From positions 96,001-160,000 of the IMG/VR virus record IMGVR_UViG_3300026484_000295: 64,000 bases of DNA. One strand, given 5' to 3'. This document shows, piece after piece, positions 20,483-30,662 of the stretch (positions are counted from its first letter, which is position 1; each line of letters begins with the position of its first letter). This stretch comes from a virus. The notes under the pieces were generated by a model that worked only from the letters and a program-made list of their open reading frames with translations, was not told the DNA's origin and did not search any database. The translations under genes were made by a program, and so were the position numbers.

Positions 20483-23400
20483 TTATCTATATTGTGCTTT
20501 ACTTATATCTCTTTGACGTATATTATCACTAGAATCAACATCACGTTTATATGATTTTTGAGCAATCTTATTCTGTTTTGTAAATTCTTTTGATGTATTA
20601 TTAAGATGACCCAATTGTTGATTTTGAACCTGTAACATTTGCTCTAATAATTTTTCAACATTTAATAAGGTAGATGGTTCTGTTTTTTCATTATTTATTG
20701 TTGTTGAACTACTAGAATTATTATAGTCTTGTGTTGAAACATTATTCAATTTTGGACTTGTATTAATACCCGATGTACTAGTTCCAGATATAATACCGGA
20801 TGTTGGTTTTGATGCTTCAGATGAATTAGACATTACTAATTGGTCGAATATAGATACTAATGATTCAGGTATTACCTTCTCATTGGTATGAACAATTCCT
20901 GCTGCGCCTTTCATACCAGTTAGAGTTTCTAATATAGGATCTGGAGCCGATGGTGTTTTCCCTCCTTCTGCAAATCCAAAGAAATTACCAACAGATGATG
21001 CAACTGAAGAAATTGTATCTACAACCACACTAGATCCACCTCCACTAGATCCACCTCCACTAGATCCACCTCCACCTAGTAATCCACCTAGTGTACCACC
21101 AAGATTATCCATTATATTACCGAAATCAAATGATCCTAAGGCTCCAGTTAAGCTTTCCCCCATACTTCCAGTAATATTTTTAAAGGTTTCTGTTATGCTA
21201 CCATCACCATCAAATGCATCCATTACAGAATCTAATGGACCGCCTTCTGCAGTAAATGATGAAAATGTTTTAGATAGATTGCTTGTTAAAGCACCAGTTA
21301 CATTAGTTAAAGCATCACCAATACTAGTATCACCATTTAATACACCCGCAATATTTGTTGATACCAAATCTCCAGCACTACTTAAAGTCGTTGAAATGTC
21401 ACCAATCGTATTTGTTAAGGTTTTAGGTAAAATATTTGTTAATGAACTAGTTACATTAGTTAAAGCATCACCAATACTAGTATCACCATTTAATACACCC
21501 GCAATATTTGTATTTAAAGATGTTCCTACATCTTTAATACTTGAACCAACATTTTGTACTATATTTTGAACCGAGGTAGGTAATAACGACGTTACATTCT
21601 GTGCTAAATTTTGTAATGATTGAGATGCAGTCCCACCAATATTTGTTAATGCTTCAGTTATTGTACTCTTTCCATTAAAAACATTAGTTATTCCATCCAT
21701 AACACTTTTTCCAATATCAACTTGCCCACCAAAAAATGATGTAGCCGTCGCACCTAAACCTGTGGCTAGAATACCTAATTTATCTTTAAGTATATTTTTA
21801 ACATCATCAAGAGTATTAACCATAGTATTTGCTTGTTTATCATCAATACCTTCTTTTGTTGTCTTTTTAACTTGTTCATCTGCTATTTGTTTTTGTTTTG
21901 ATATAATCTCTTTTTGATTATTACGTTCTTTTATTTCTGTTAATTTATTACTATTTTCAGGTTTATTACTTGGTATTATTTTATCATAAGCATTACTAAC
22001 CGCACCTTTAACAGAATCAACTGGAGCACTAATAAATCCTTTGATACTATCTGTAATTTTACTAAATACATTAGTCTCTGTTTTTTTAGATTCTTTTTTA
22101 GATAATGTTTTATTATTTGAAGTTGAAAAATCTAATAATTTATAAAATGAATCAACTGTGTTTGCAGGTATAACAAATTCACCAGGACCATGGACTCCTG
22201 CAATACCATTAGGTTCTGCTGAACCGGTTGGATCTATTAATTGTGTTAATGCTTTGTTTACTGTATCACCAGTATACCCACCTTTAGCTTTAGCTTCTAC
22301 TTTTATGGTTTTTGCATCAGCCCCATTTTCAAGAGCTTTAATAAGTCTATCTAATTCATCCTCATACTTACCTTCTAACCCAGATTCAGATTTCATAGCT
22401 TTTAATTCTTTTAATCCAATTTCACCAGAATTTAATCCTTCTTGAACTTTAGTTGTGTTTAAAGTGTTGTAGCCATAATCATCAACCCAATAACCTTTCT
22501 CTTCAAGATCAGCAGATGATTTTTCTTCTTCTGAATCTGGACCCATACCAGGAATCATACTAAGAAGCCAATTTATAGCATTACCTATTGGTTTAGCAAC
22601 AACATCATACAATCCATCAAATATTTTTTTACCTGCATCTACAATACCATTAAACATATTTTTAAACATTTCTAAGAGACTCATATCTGGATCATTAAAA
22701 TAATCTACCACAGCCTGAAAAGGAGCAGTTACCAAATCGATAAATCCACCGAAAATATTTTTAACTCCATCTACAATTCCTTGGAATGTAGACATAATAT
22801 CAGTACCAAATATACCATCAACATAATCAATTATAAATTTAAATGGAGCAGTTACTAAATCAGTAAATCCATTAAATAATGATATTACACCGTTTTTTAC
22901 ACCATTAAATATCTGTTTTACGGCATCTATAAATGATAAGTCACTAGAAATCCATGCAGAAATAGCTAAAAATGGCGCTTTAACTATGTCAATAAATCCT
23001 CCTAAAATATTTGAAACAGCATTTACAATATTATTAAAATAACCTTTTATAGCATTTACAAATGAATTGAATACATTTGTAAAATTAGTACCAAAATATT
23101 CATCAACTAACCCAAAAATCCAATCAAATGGTTTTCGTACTAGATCAACAATACCATTTAAAGCGCCAGATATAGCATTTTTAACATTAGTAAAAATATC
23201 CTTTACCATAGTATCAAATGATATTTCACCTTTGAAAAATGACGTTATTGATTTAAAAGGTGCAGTTATAAGTTCATAAAATGTACCAAAGATATTTTTA
23301 ATTGCTGTAAATGAATTTCTGAAAGTTCCAAGCATATCTGTTCCAAAAATACTATCAACAAAACCCAAAACAGCTTTTAATGGAATTGTTATTATATCTA

Positions 23401-26400
23401 AAAAACCATCGAAAATTGTTTTTATACCCTCACCAATTTTACTAAAATTACCCGTAAATATACCAGTAATAATTTGGAAGAAACCATTAATATATTTAAA
23501 TATACCTTTAAAAACATCTCCAACCACACTTAATAAAGGCTGTATTCTATCAAATATCCATCCTATTACTTCACCAACTTTAGAAAAGAATGATCCTAAT
23601 GCACTACCCAACTCGTTAAATGCAGCAGTAATCCCCATTTCATCCATTTTTTTACCTAACCATGAAAAAGCTTCAGCTACTTTGTGAGCCACATGTTGCC
23701 CATCTAACATACCAAATGTTAATGCTTCAAGTGCTCCACCAACAGCTGAAGCTGATTTTTGAGTTAAAGAAGCTCTAGCTTCTAGTTTATTACCATATTC
23801 ATCTTCCCATTGACCATTAACAAAAACCGCTTTTCCCGTTTTTGATAATGATTCAGCGTATTTTTTTCCTTCTTCAGTATTTTTCGTTAATAATTCTTTT
23901 TGTGGTTCTAAATCTTTTCCAAACCATTCGGCTGCTTTACCCCAACCTTCCATTCCACCTTGGAGTGCTTTCATTGCGGCTCCAGCAAGAAAAGCAGGAC
24001 CCATCATACCTTTTAAACCGCCACCTATGGTTTTTAAACCACCACCAAGTTTAGTTTTAAAGTTTTTCCAGTTTTTACCTGCTTTTTGCCAAAAGTTACT
24101 ATTATCTTCCATTCCAGGAGGAAGTGCAGGTCCAGCACCCTGACTTCCTGTTTTAAATGACAATTTGATATTTTTAAAGGTATTTCCAATACTTGAACCC
24201 ACATTTGAAAAAACATCTTTTATTTTTCCAATTCCCGAAGATAAAGATTCTTTAAATCCTCCAAAAATATTTGATAATCCGGACACTGCACCTTTTGCAG
24301 ATTTACCAATAAAACCTATTATTTTTAATGAAGATTTACCAATGTTGGTTGCTAAATTTTTCATTGTATTTGGAAAATTCATTAAACCTTTTGTGAATTT
24401 ACCTATACCAATTGCTATACCTTTCGTAACATTCCAACCTGCAGTACCTATTAAATTAGTAGTTTTCATTATACCGGAACCAAGTTTCGATATAGTACCA
24501 CCGATTAAATCAAATGCTCCAGAGCTTTTTAATAGTTTTGCTAAAAATAATCCTCCCATAACCATTGCAATAGTATTAATATTTTCAGTTAAAAACGCTA
24601 AAGCTTTATTTAAATACGGAAGTACATCATTAACCAATTCCATAGTTTTATTTTGAAATGCATATAATGCTGAGGTCGCTTTTTGTTCTATAGTATCTTT
24701 AGTATTTTCAACCCCTGTACTATTAGCCTTTATTTGTTTTTGTAAATATTTAGGATCTTCGATCGTTTTTTTAACATCATCACCCGTTAAGGCACTACCA
24801 TCTTTTTTTGTTAAACCTGCCATAGTTAATTTTTTACCATCTTTAGCTAATTTAATTTGTTCTTTTATTAAATCAGCATTAGAAATTTTAAAAGCATCTT
24901 TTTGGTATTCTGCATATTTTTTAGGGTCATTCTTTTTTAACTCAGCAAGTTGAGTTTCACTCATTTTGGAAATAATCATCATTTGTTTTTTTGTTTCTTC
25001 GGCATTTTGATCATTCGATATAAGTTGATTTAACATCTTATCATAACTTTCTTTATCAGTAGCACCCATTGAAACTAAAAGTTTATCTAAATCAGCAGTT
25101 GATTTTTCTCCTTTTGAACGAGCTATAAATTCTCTAGTCCCTTCTTTTTGTGCAGCAACGGTAGCTGCAACACCTTGCTGATTTATTTTATTTGCTACTT
25201 CAGAATCTTTAGCCCAATCTTTATTTTGTTGTAGCATTTGAAGTTTTGCTTTCTCGCTTGCTGTTGCAGTACCATCATTAACTTTTTTAGCTAGGTCAGA
25301 ATACATAACCTGTTGTGCTTGAACATTAACTTGTTGCATTTGTAAAAATAATTTCTTATCTTTTTCACTTAATCCGTCAAATCCTACAAGAGATGCTTTA
25401 GCTGCTAAATCATTTGCTTCTTTTTGATTCATACCGATAGCGTCTAATCCCTGTTTTAAGAAATCAGCTCCTTTTCCACCCATCTGATTCATCATATTCA
25501 TATCTTTAATAGAATCAGCTATAGCTTCTGGGTCTGCAGCAATATTAGACACCTTCTCTAAAGTAGCTTTTATATATTCTTCTGAAAATCCAGCTTGTTT
25601 CATACCAGAGGCCATTCCACCCATAGTTTTTTCAATTTCTTTAGCAATATCAGCATTCATACCTTTTGTTATCAGTTTTGAATTTTCATGAATAGCTTTA
25701 ATTTGTTCAAGAGCATATTTATTACTAACCCCCATAGTTTTCGCAAGTGCTGAAGTTTGTGCAGCTAAATCATCCATCATTCCTGCTGGTGATTGTCCTT
25801 CTAAGACAGTTTTTAGTGAATTAAGTGCTTCCATTTGATTTTCAGCATACTCTTTACCCATAGTACGTTCAGACAATCTTTGTTTTACGGCTACCTTCTC
25901 CATTTCAACACGATTATTATTTAACGAAACATTAAATGTAGTTTGTAAATTATCAGATAGAGCTTTTAATCCAGCCGGATCTATCAAAGAATTAATGTGC
26001 ATATTTTGAAGATCTGAAATCATATTACCACTAGTATCACCCATTGATCTTGATATATCTAATTGATTATGATACATACCTATCGCTTTAGTAGCCATAG
26101 CCATTGCGGCTCCTAATGCTGCTACTGGTGCACCAACACTACTAATCATTCTTATAAAATCATTACCTACGTTTCTAACTTCACCAAATGATTTCATACC
26201 ATCACCAACATTATCAAATGCGGATGATAAGTGTCCTGCTGCATCACTCACTTTATCTAATTGATTAGAAAATCCTTGTGTACCTTGAGAAAGAATATCA
26301 AATTTAGATTTTGATTTTTGTACGGCTTCATCTAATTTTTTTTGAGATTTTGATTCATTTTTAATATTTTGATTGTCTACTTTTTTTTTGGTTTTACCTT

Positions 26401-27148
26401 TTATTGCAGGACCCAAATCATTTATAACTTTAGCATTTTCTTCTTGTAATTTTATAACTGTTGATAATGAATCTTGAGTAGATTTTAAATTCTCCGAAGC
26501 TTTTATAATTTCGGACTTGTCAGCACCATCATTAACTAGACGTTCAATTAGTTTTGTTTGACGTTCAGTTTCTATTTCTAATCGATTTTGTTCAGATATT
26601 AGATCATCACTTAAAGTATCTATACTATCTATAAAAGAAGAAGTATCACCATTAAAAGTGATATTACTACCATCTACATTATAAATATTTTCAATATTTT
26701 CTTTCAAACCATCATCAATCAAACTATCAAGTGTAAACGAATTATCACCCAATGAAATATTATTTGTATTTTCTGATTTCTCTTTAGATTTACCCAAATT
26801 TGCAACATATGAACCCAACATTTCTTTTGCTTCATTACTATTTGAATTCTTACGTTCTTCAGCAATCTCTTTAATAAATGCAGCAAACTTTTCATCATCT
26901 TGATCATTAGTAAAATCATGAGTAACTGAATTTAATTCTTTTTTTAATTCATCTGCAAAATTTTCTTCTAATTGATTTAGCCTGTTAATAATCTCAGTTG
27001 GATTAATATCATCATTAAGAAAATCATCTCGTAAATTTATTTTTTCACTTGATTGACCAGATAATTTTTCAACAAGTGTATAGAGCTTTGACATTTTCTC
27101 CGATGCATTTTTATAATCAATTATTTGACTACCTTTATTAAATTCCAT
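20483..27148 (-). CDS. Tape measure protein, 2221 aa
   Basis: Helical and Ala/Gly-rich; amphipathic Phe/Trp repeats; two A.GG....AG.(V)H..E.VIP motifs typical of tape measure C-termini. Confidence 0.8.
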   Translation of the reverse strand: MEFNKGSQIIDYKNASEKMSKLYTLVEKLSGQSSEKINLRDDFLNDDINPTEIINRLNQLEENFADELKKELNSVTHDFTNDQDDEKFAAFIKEIAEERKNSNSNEAKEMLGSYVANLGKSKEKSENTNNISLGDNSFTLDSLIDDGLKENIENIYNVDGSNITFNGDTSSFIDSIDTLSDDLISEQNRLEIETERQTKLIERLVNDGADKSEIIKASENLKSTQDSLSTVIKLQEENAKVINDLGPAIKGKTKKKVDNQNIKNESKSQKKLDEAVQKSKSKFDILSQGTQGFSNQLDKVSDAAGHLSSAFDNVGDGMKSFGEVRNVGNDFIRMISSVGAPVAALGAAMAMATKAIGMYHNQLDISRSMGDTSGNMISDLQNMHINSLIDPAGLKALSDNLQTTFNVSLNNNRVEMEKVAVKQRLSERTMGKEYAENQMEALNSLKTVLEGQSPAGMMDDLAAQTSALAKTMGVSNKYALEQIKAIHENSKLITKGMNADIAKEIEKTMGGMASGMKQAGFSEEYIKATLEKVSNIAADPEAIADSIKDMNMMNQMGGKGADFLKQGLDAIGMNQKEANDLAAKASLVGFDGLSEKDKKLFLQMQQVNVQAQQVMYSDLAKKVNDGTATASEKAKLQMLQQNKDWAKDSEVANKINQQGVAATVAAQKEGTREFIARSKGEKSTADLDKLLVSMGATDKESYDKMLNQLISNDQNAEETKKQMMIISKMSETQLAELKKNDPKKYAEYQKDAFKISNADLIKEQIKLAKDGKKLTMAGLTKKDGSALTGDDVKKTIEDPKYLQKQIKANSTGVENTKDTIEQKATSALYAFQNKTMELVNDVLPYLNKALAFLTENINTIAMVMGGLFLAKLLKSSGAFDLIGGTISKLGSGIMKTTNLIGTAGWNVTKGIAIGIGKFTKGLMNFPNTMKNLATNIGKSSLKIIGFIGKSAKGAVSGLSNIFGGFKESLSSGIGKIKDVFSNVGSSIGNTFKNIKLSFKTGSQGAGPALPPGMEDNSNFWQKAGKNWKNFKTKLGGGLKTIGGGLKGMMGPAFLAGAAMKALQGGMEGWGKAAEWFGKDLEPQKELLTKNTEEGKKYAESLSKTGKAVFVNGQWEDEYGNKLEARASLTQKSASAVGGALEALTFGMLDGQHVAHKVAEAFSWLGKKMDEMGITAAFNELGSALGSFFSKVGEVIGWIFDRIQPLLSVVGDVFKGIFKYINGFFQIITGIFTGNFSKIGEGIKTIFDGFLDIITIPLKAVLGFVDSIFGTDMLGTFRNSFTAIKNIFGTFYELITAPFKSITSFFKGEISFDTMVKDIFTNVKNAISGALNGIVDLVRKPFDWIFGLVDEYFGTNFTNVFNSFVNAIKGYFNNIVNAVSNILGGFIDIVKAPFLAISAWISSDLSFIDAVKQIFNGVKNGVISLFNGFTDLVTAPFKFIIDYVDGIFGTDIMSTFQGIVDGVKNIFGGFIDLVTAPFQAVVDYFNDPDMSLLEMFKNMFNGIVDAGKKIFDGLYDVVAKPIGNAINWLLSMIPGMGPDSEEEKSSADLEEKGYWVDDYGYNTLNTTKVQEGLNSGEIGLKELKAMKSESGLEGKYEDELDRLIKALENGADAKTIKVEAKAKGGYTGDTVNKALTQLIDPTGSAEPNGIAGVHGPGEFVIPANTVDSFYKLLDFSTSNNKTLSKKESKKTETNVFSKITDSIKGFISAPVDSVKGAVSNAYDKIIPSNKPENSNKLTEIKERNNQKEIISKQKQIADEQVKKTTKEGIDDKQANTMVNTLDDVKNILKDKLGILATGLGATATSFFGGQVDIGKSVMDGITNVFNGKSTITEALTNIGGTASQSLQNLAQNVTSLLPTSVQNIVQNVGSSIKDVGTSLNTNIAGVLNGDTSIGDALTNVTSSLTNILPKTLTNTIGDISTTLSSAGDLVSTNIAGVLNGDTSIGDALTNVTGALTSNLSKTFSSFTAEGGPLDSVMDAFDGDGSITETFKNITGSMGESLTGALGSFDFGNIMDNLGGTLGGLLGGGGSSGGGSSGGGSSVVVDTISSVASSVGNFFGFAEGGKTPSAPDPILETLTGMKGAAGIVHTNEKVIPESLVSIFDQLVMSNSSEASKPTSGIISGTSTSGINTSPKLNNVSTQDYNNSSSSTTINNEKTEPSTLLNVEKLLEQMLQVQNQQLGHLNNTSKEFTKQNKIAQKSYKRDVDSSDNIRQRDISKAQYR
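21296..21511. repeat. Exact 63-bp direct duplication within the tape measure gene (21296-21358, 21449-21511)
   Basis: Both copies encode TNIAGVLNGDTSIGDALTNVT; 153-bp (51-codon) spacing. Confidence 0.9.
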
Positions 27149-27149
27149 A

Positions 27150-27632
27150 TTATTTTAATAACTCCATTCTTAATGATTCTATGGATTCACTTATAATATC
27201 ATCATCTAAATCTCGTAATGATGGATTATTTCTTAAAAGTCTTACAATATTAGCTTTATTCCATAATTTATTATTTCTTCTATTCATTCGCATATTTCTT
27301 TTTTCTGAAAAAATATCAAATGGTATATCAATATAATTTAAAGTATCTTTATAAAAACGTACAAAAGTAAAATCAATATTACAACCTTTTGTAGCTTTCT
27401 TTTCTGCTTCATCAAGAATCTTTTTAATTTTTGAAATATTTCGCATAAAAACATATTTAAAAAATGATCGATATGAAGTATGACCTTTGTAATAATATAT
27501 TGACATCAGTTCATATTCAATTTTGTTCAGTTTCGATTTCACTAAACATGTTTTAATTTCTTTACCATATGAATCATCAGTTACATTATTACGTTTTTTT
27601 AATAGTGATGATAAACTTCCGAATAAACTCAT
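27150..27632 (-). CDS. Hypothetical basic protein
   Basis: 160-aa ORF with AAGGA RBS, abutting the tape measure gene. Confidence 0.65.
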   Translation of the reverse strand: MSLFGSLSSLLKKRNNVTDDSYGKEIKTCLVKSKLNKIEYELMSIYYYKGHTSYRSFFKYVFMRNISKIKKILDEAEKKATKGCNIDFTFVRFYKDTLNYIDIPFDIFSEKRNMRMNRRNNKLWNKANIVRLLRNNPSLRDLDDDIISESIESLRMELLK

Positions 27633-27690
27633 ATAAAATCCTTTTATTTAATATAACTATTTATTCATTTTTTTTATTTTTTTCTTTAAA

Positions 27691-28365
27691 TTAAGTATTT
27701 TGTAATCTAATATTACGTTTATCAATTTCTAAATAACTCAACCATCGCTTATAAGAAACTTCTTCAATAACTTTTATTTCTTCAGCTTTATAATTTCTAT
27801 ATGCTAATGAAAGTTCTGGAATGATTTTTCTAACCATTTCGATTGTTAAAATTGGCATTTTTCCACTTTTTATTCGTGGTCCATTAATTTTTAAAATTTG
27901 TTTAACAAAGAATTCACGAAATACCGGTATTAAATAATGTAAGTTAATAGCATTAAAATTTTGAAACTTACTATCATAGGAATTTAGAAAAATTACTAAT
28001 GGGAATGGATCATGTTGATAATTTTTATATTTTATCTGATACATTTGTCCTAATTTTATTCCTCGTACAATTTTAATATGATTAGTTTTCCAAACGGCAC
28101 TATCTTTATAATCAGTAACTAGATCTAATATCGAATCTAATAATAATTTTGTATTATTTTTATATTTTCTTTTTAGTATTTCGTATTCTTTTAAGTCATA
28201 TTTTGTTTTATATGAAAAATAGTTCATAAATTGATCTCTAATATCTGGAGTCATATTTTTTAAAAATTTATAATGTAATGGAAGAGTTTTATCGGTAGTG
28301 GATAATAATTTATCAAATAATTTTTTAAGTTTTCTATCAATTTTGGGTTTAATTCTAATTATCAT
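27691..28365 (-). CDS. gp2: DNA end protector protein gp2
   Basis: G.MY...Y....D.FPLV.......F.AINLHYL motif. Confidence 0.8.
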   Translation of the reverse strand: MIIRIKPKIDRKLKKLFDKLLSTTDKTLPLHYKFLKNMTPDIRDQFMNYFSYKTKYDLKEYEILKRKYKNNTKLLLDSILDLVTDYKDSAVWKTNHIKIVRGIKLGQMYQIKYKNYQHDPFPLVIFLNSYDSKFQNFNAINLHYLIPVFREFFVKQILKINGPRIKSGKMPILTIEMVRKIIPELSLAYRNYKAEEIKVIEEVSYKRWLSYLEIDKRNIRLQNT

Positions 28366-28407
28366 AAATTCACCTTTTAATTTTATTTATGATAATTAGA
28401 ATTAAAA

Positions 28408-28434
28408 TTTAATAGGGTATTCAAACCCTATTAA
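28408..28434 (-). terminator. Terminator hairpin
   Basis: tttaatagggt-attca-accctattaaa-like stem after the 343-aa gene. Confidence 0.7.
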
Positions 28435-28440
28435 AAATAA

Positions 28441-29472
28441 TTATTTAAGTATTTTACTACTAGCCTTCATATGTTTACCTTTGTTTCTCATATGTTTAAG
28501 AATACCAGGTATCAAAACAAATTGTAAATATTCATCTGAATATGCTTTACCCGTAGCTTGTTTATGAGCTTTTGCTGCTTTCTTAACATGTTTTCTTAAT
28601 TTACCAGTTAATTTATCCATTGATAAATCTTTGATATCTTCCCCACCATGTAATTTTGGATTTTTCATATAATATTTTTTTGCATCTTTAGCTTTTTTCT
28701 GCGCACATTGAACATCACCAGGCTTACATCTAGTAAGTTTTTTCTCAATTAAAACTGTTGCACCTTTAGCTTTTCTTAATAAATTAGCTCCATCTTCATC
28801 TTCTGCTTCTGCTAATATTTCTTCATTAACTTGTGCCATTTCTTCTAATAAATCTTCTGTATCTTCATAATCATCTAAAAATTCCATTAATGATTCACCC
28901 TCATAATCTTCAGAATCAAAGTCAATTACACCTTCATTTATAGCTTTTTCTAATTTATTAGAAATTTCTTCTACTGTTTCTACTAAATCCATAGTTTCAA
29001 CAGAATCATCAAGATCTAAATCTTTTGCAGCTTCTACAATATCAAATACCATTTCAGCTGGTAATGATTCAACTGTTTCTTCTCCTAACATCTCTGTTAA
29101 TTTATTTGTTACGATTGATAAAAGTGTTACTGATGCTGTTTCATCTTCTTCTAAAAATTCTATATCAATATTTTCAATATTATCTAGTGCTTCTTCAATT
29201 ATTAATTCTGGCTTAGAAGCATTTTTTCTAGCAGATTCTAAAATAATATTTAAAATTTTTGAACCATCAACTGTTTCAGCTATAATTTTAGCATTTTCAT
29301 CTGTTTGTGTTTCTACAAATTCAACCAAGTAATCTAAATGATGTACTATATCAAATTCAATATCAGTCCCTTCTTCTAGAATTGTTTCAATAAGATCTAA
29401 CTTGGATTCTGATAATGTTCCTAATTTTGACTCAATGTCTTCAACGATTTCAACGATTTCAACAAACTTCAT
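28441..29472 (-). CDS. Putative prohead core/internal head protein: acidic protease-cleavable N-terminus and basic C-terminus
   Basis: Dense I/L-x-E motifs over about 240 aa then a Lys-rich tail; own late promoter (29506) and terminator. Confidence 0.55.
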   Translation of the reverse strand: MKFVEIVEIVEDIESKLGTLSESKLDLIETILEEGTDIEFDIVHHLDYLVEFVETQTDENAKIIAETVDGSKILNIILESARKNASKPELIIEEALDNIENIDIEFLEEDETASVTLLSIVTNKLTEMLGEETVESLPAEMVFDIVEAAKDLDLDDSVETMDLVETVEEISNKLEKAINEGVIDFDSEDYEGESLMEFLDDYEDTEDLLEEMAQVNEEILAEAEDEDGANLLRKAKGATVLIEKKLTRCKPGDVQCAQKKAKDAKKYYMKNPKLHGGEDIKDLSMDKLTGKLRKHVKKAAKAHKQATGKAYSDEYLQFVLIPGILKHMRNKGKHMKASSKILK

Positions 29473-29622
29473 ATTTCTTTCTCCTATTTTCGGTTAATCT
29501 ATTTTTATTTATACACTATTAACCATATTTTTTATTTATTTATTACATTTTTTTAAAAATCATAGATTTTTACTAATAAATAAAATAAATCTATAAATTA
29601 TATAGAAAAAAGGAGATTTTTT

Positions 29623-30405
29623 ATGAGTGTTATCAATCCACTATTACAAAGCCAAGAGCCAACATATTATGATACAGAATTACCATCACACGGTATCCCA
29701 TATGAGGATATTGAAGAAATATTTGAACCGGGAACTATTCACGATGGTATTGTTCAAGTTAGAGCATTAACCACTAAAGATGAACTTATTTGGACAGATC
29801 AAAAATTAGTTGAAGATTTAAAAGCCCCAATAATCATTTTAAAAAATACAGTTTTAGGATTAAAAAAACCAGAATTATTAATTCGGGCTGATGTTGAAGC
29901 TTTATTACTTCAAGCAAGGGTACTGACATATGGTAAAATGACAAAAGTTAGTTGGACTTGTTCGGAATGTTCAAATACCAATGAAATTACAGTAGACTAT
30001 ACAAAACTACCTATCAAAAAATTAAATTCATTCGATGAACTTATGTTAAAATTTAAAAATTATGAAATATTTATGATACCTATCGTATTTAAAGAAGCCG
30101 TAGAAATACAAAAAGTTAATGATAATGATATAGCCGAACAATTAGATAAAATTGTTAGTTGTATTCAACGAGTAAATGTAATCGATCAATCGGGTGAAAA
30201 ACAAACCGTTCAAGATAAACAATTTATAGCTCAATGGGTAGAACAAGTAAATCCTAAAGATTTTAAATATATTATTGACCATTTTACTGAAGTTAATAAA
30301 ATTGGTACTGTATTAGATTTAGACGTTAAATGTGCACATTGCGCTTATAAAGAAAAAACTGATGTCGTGGTGGATATAACCAATTTTTTCTCCGAAGAGG
30401 ATTGA
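29623..30405 (+). CDS. gp26: Baseplate hub assembly protein / tail assembly chaperone (gp26-like)
   Basis: ELPS.G..Y, V.VRALT.KDE, D.EALL..AR..TYG, two CxxC motifs (CSEC, CAHC), ends NFF. Confidence 0.8.
   Translation: MSVINPLLQSQEPTYYDTELPSHGIPYEDIEEIFEPGTIHDGIVQVRALTTKDELIWTDQKLVEDLKAPIIILKNTVLGLKKPELLIRADVEALLLQARVLTYGKMTKVSWTCSECSNTNEITVDYTKLPIKKLNSFDELMLKFKNYEIFMIPIVFKEAVEIQKVNDNDIAEQLDKIVSCIQRVNVIDQSGEKQTVQDKQFIAQWVEQVNPKDFKYIIDHFTEVNKIGTVLDLDVKCAHCAYKEKTDVVVDITNFFSEED
30384..30390 (+). promoter_or_regulatory. Candidate -1 ribosomal frameshift site T TTT TTC
   Basis: X XXY YYZ heptamer in frame with gp26; the -1 frame is open into 30402..30620. Confidence 0.55.
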
Positions 30406-30620
30406 AAAACTTCACAGAACATGATGTTATTCCAATCCTCAAATCATTAAAAATACAACAAGATAATATTTTATTTGAAATTTGGGCATTAAATTATCAT
30501 ATGAATACTCAACGTAGTGAAACTATGTTGATGACACCTGACGAACGAAAATTTTGGATTGAAGAGTTGATTAAACAACGTGAAAAAGAAAATGAGGAGA
30601 TTAAAAAATCTTCTAAATAG
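30402..30620 (+). CDS. gp51-like / tail chaperone C-terminal extension
   Basis: EIW.L.YHM....SE...M.P.ER.FWI..L.KQ.E.EN pattern; TTG start only, in the -1 frame of gp26. Confidence 0.7.
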   Translation: MKNFTEHDVIPILKSLKIQQDNILFEIWALNYHMNTQRSETMLMTPDERKFWIEELIKQREKENEEIKKSSK

Positions 30621-30622
30621 TA

Positions 30623-30648
30623 CAACCAAAGAATTTAATCTTTGGTTG
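30623..30648. terminator. Bidirectional terminator
   Basis: caaccaaaga-atttaa-tctttggttg between convergent genes. Confidence 0.75.
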
Positions 30649-30662
30649 GTATGTTAATCATA

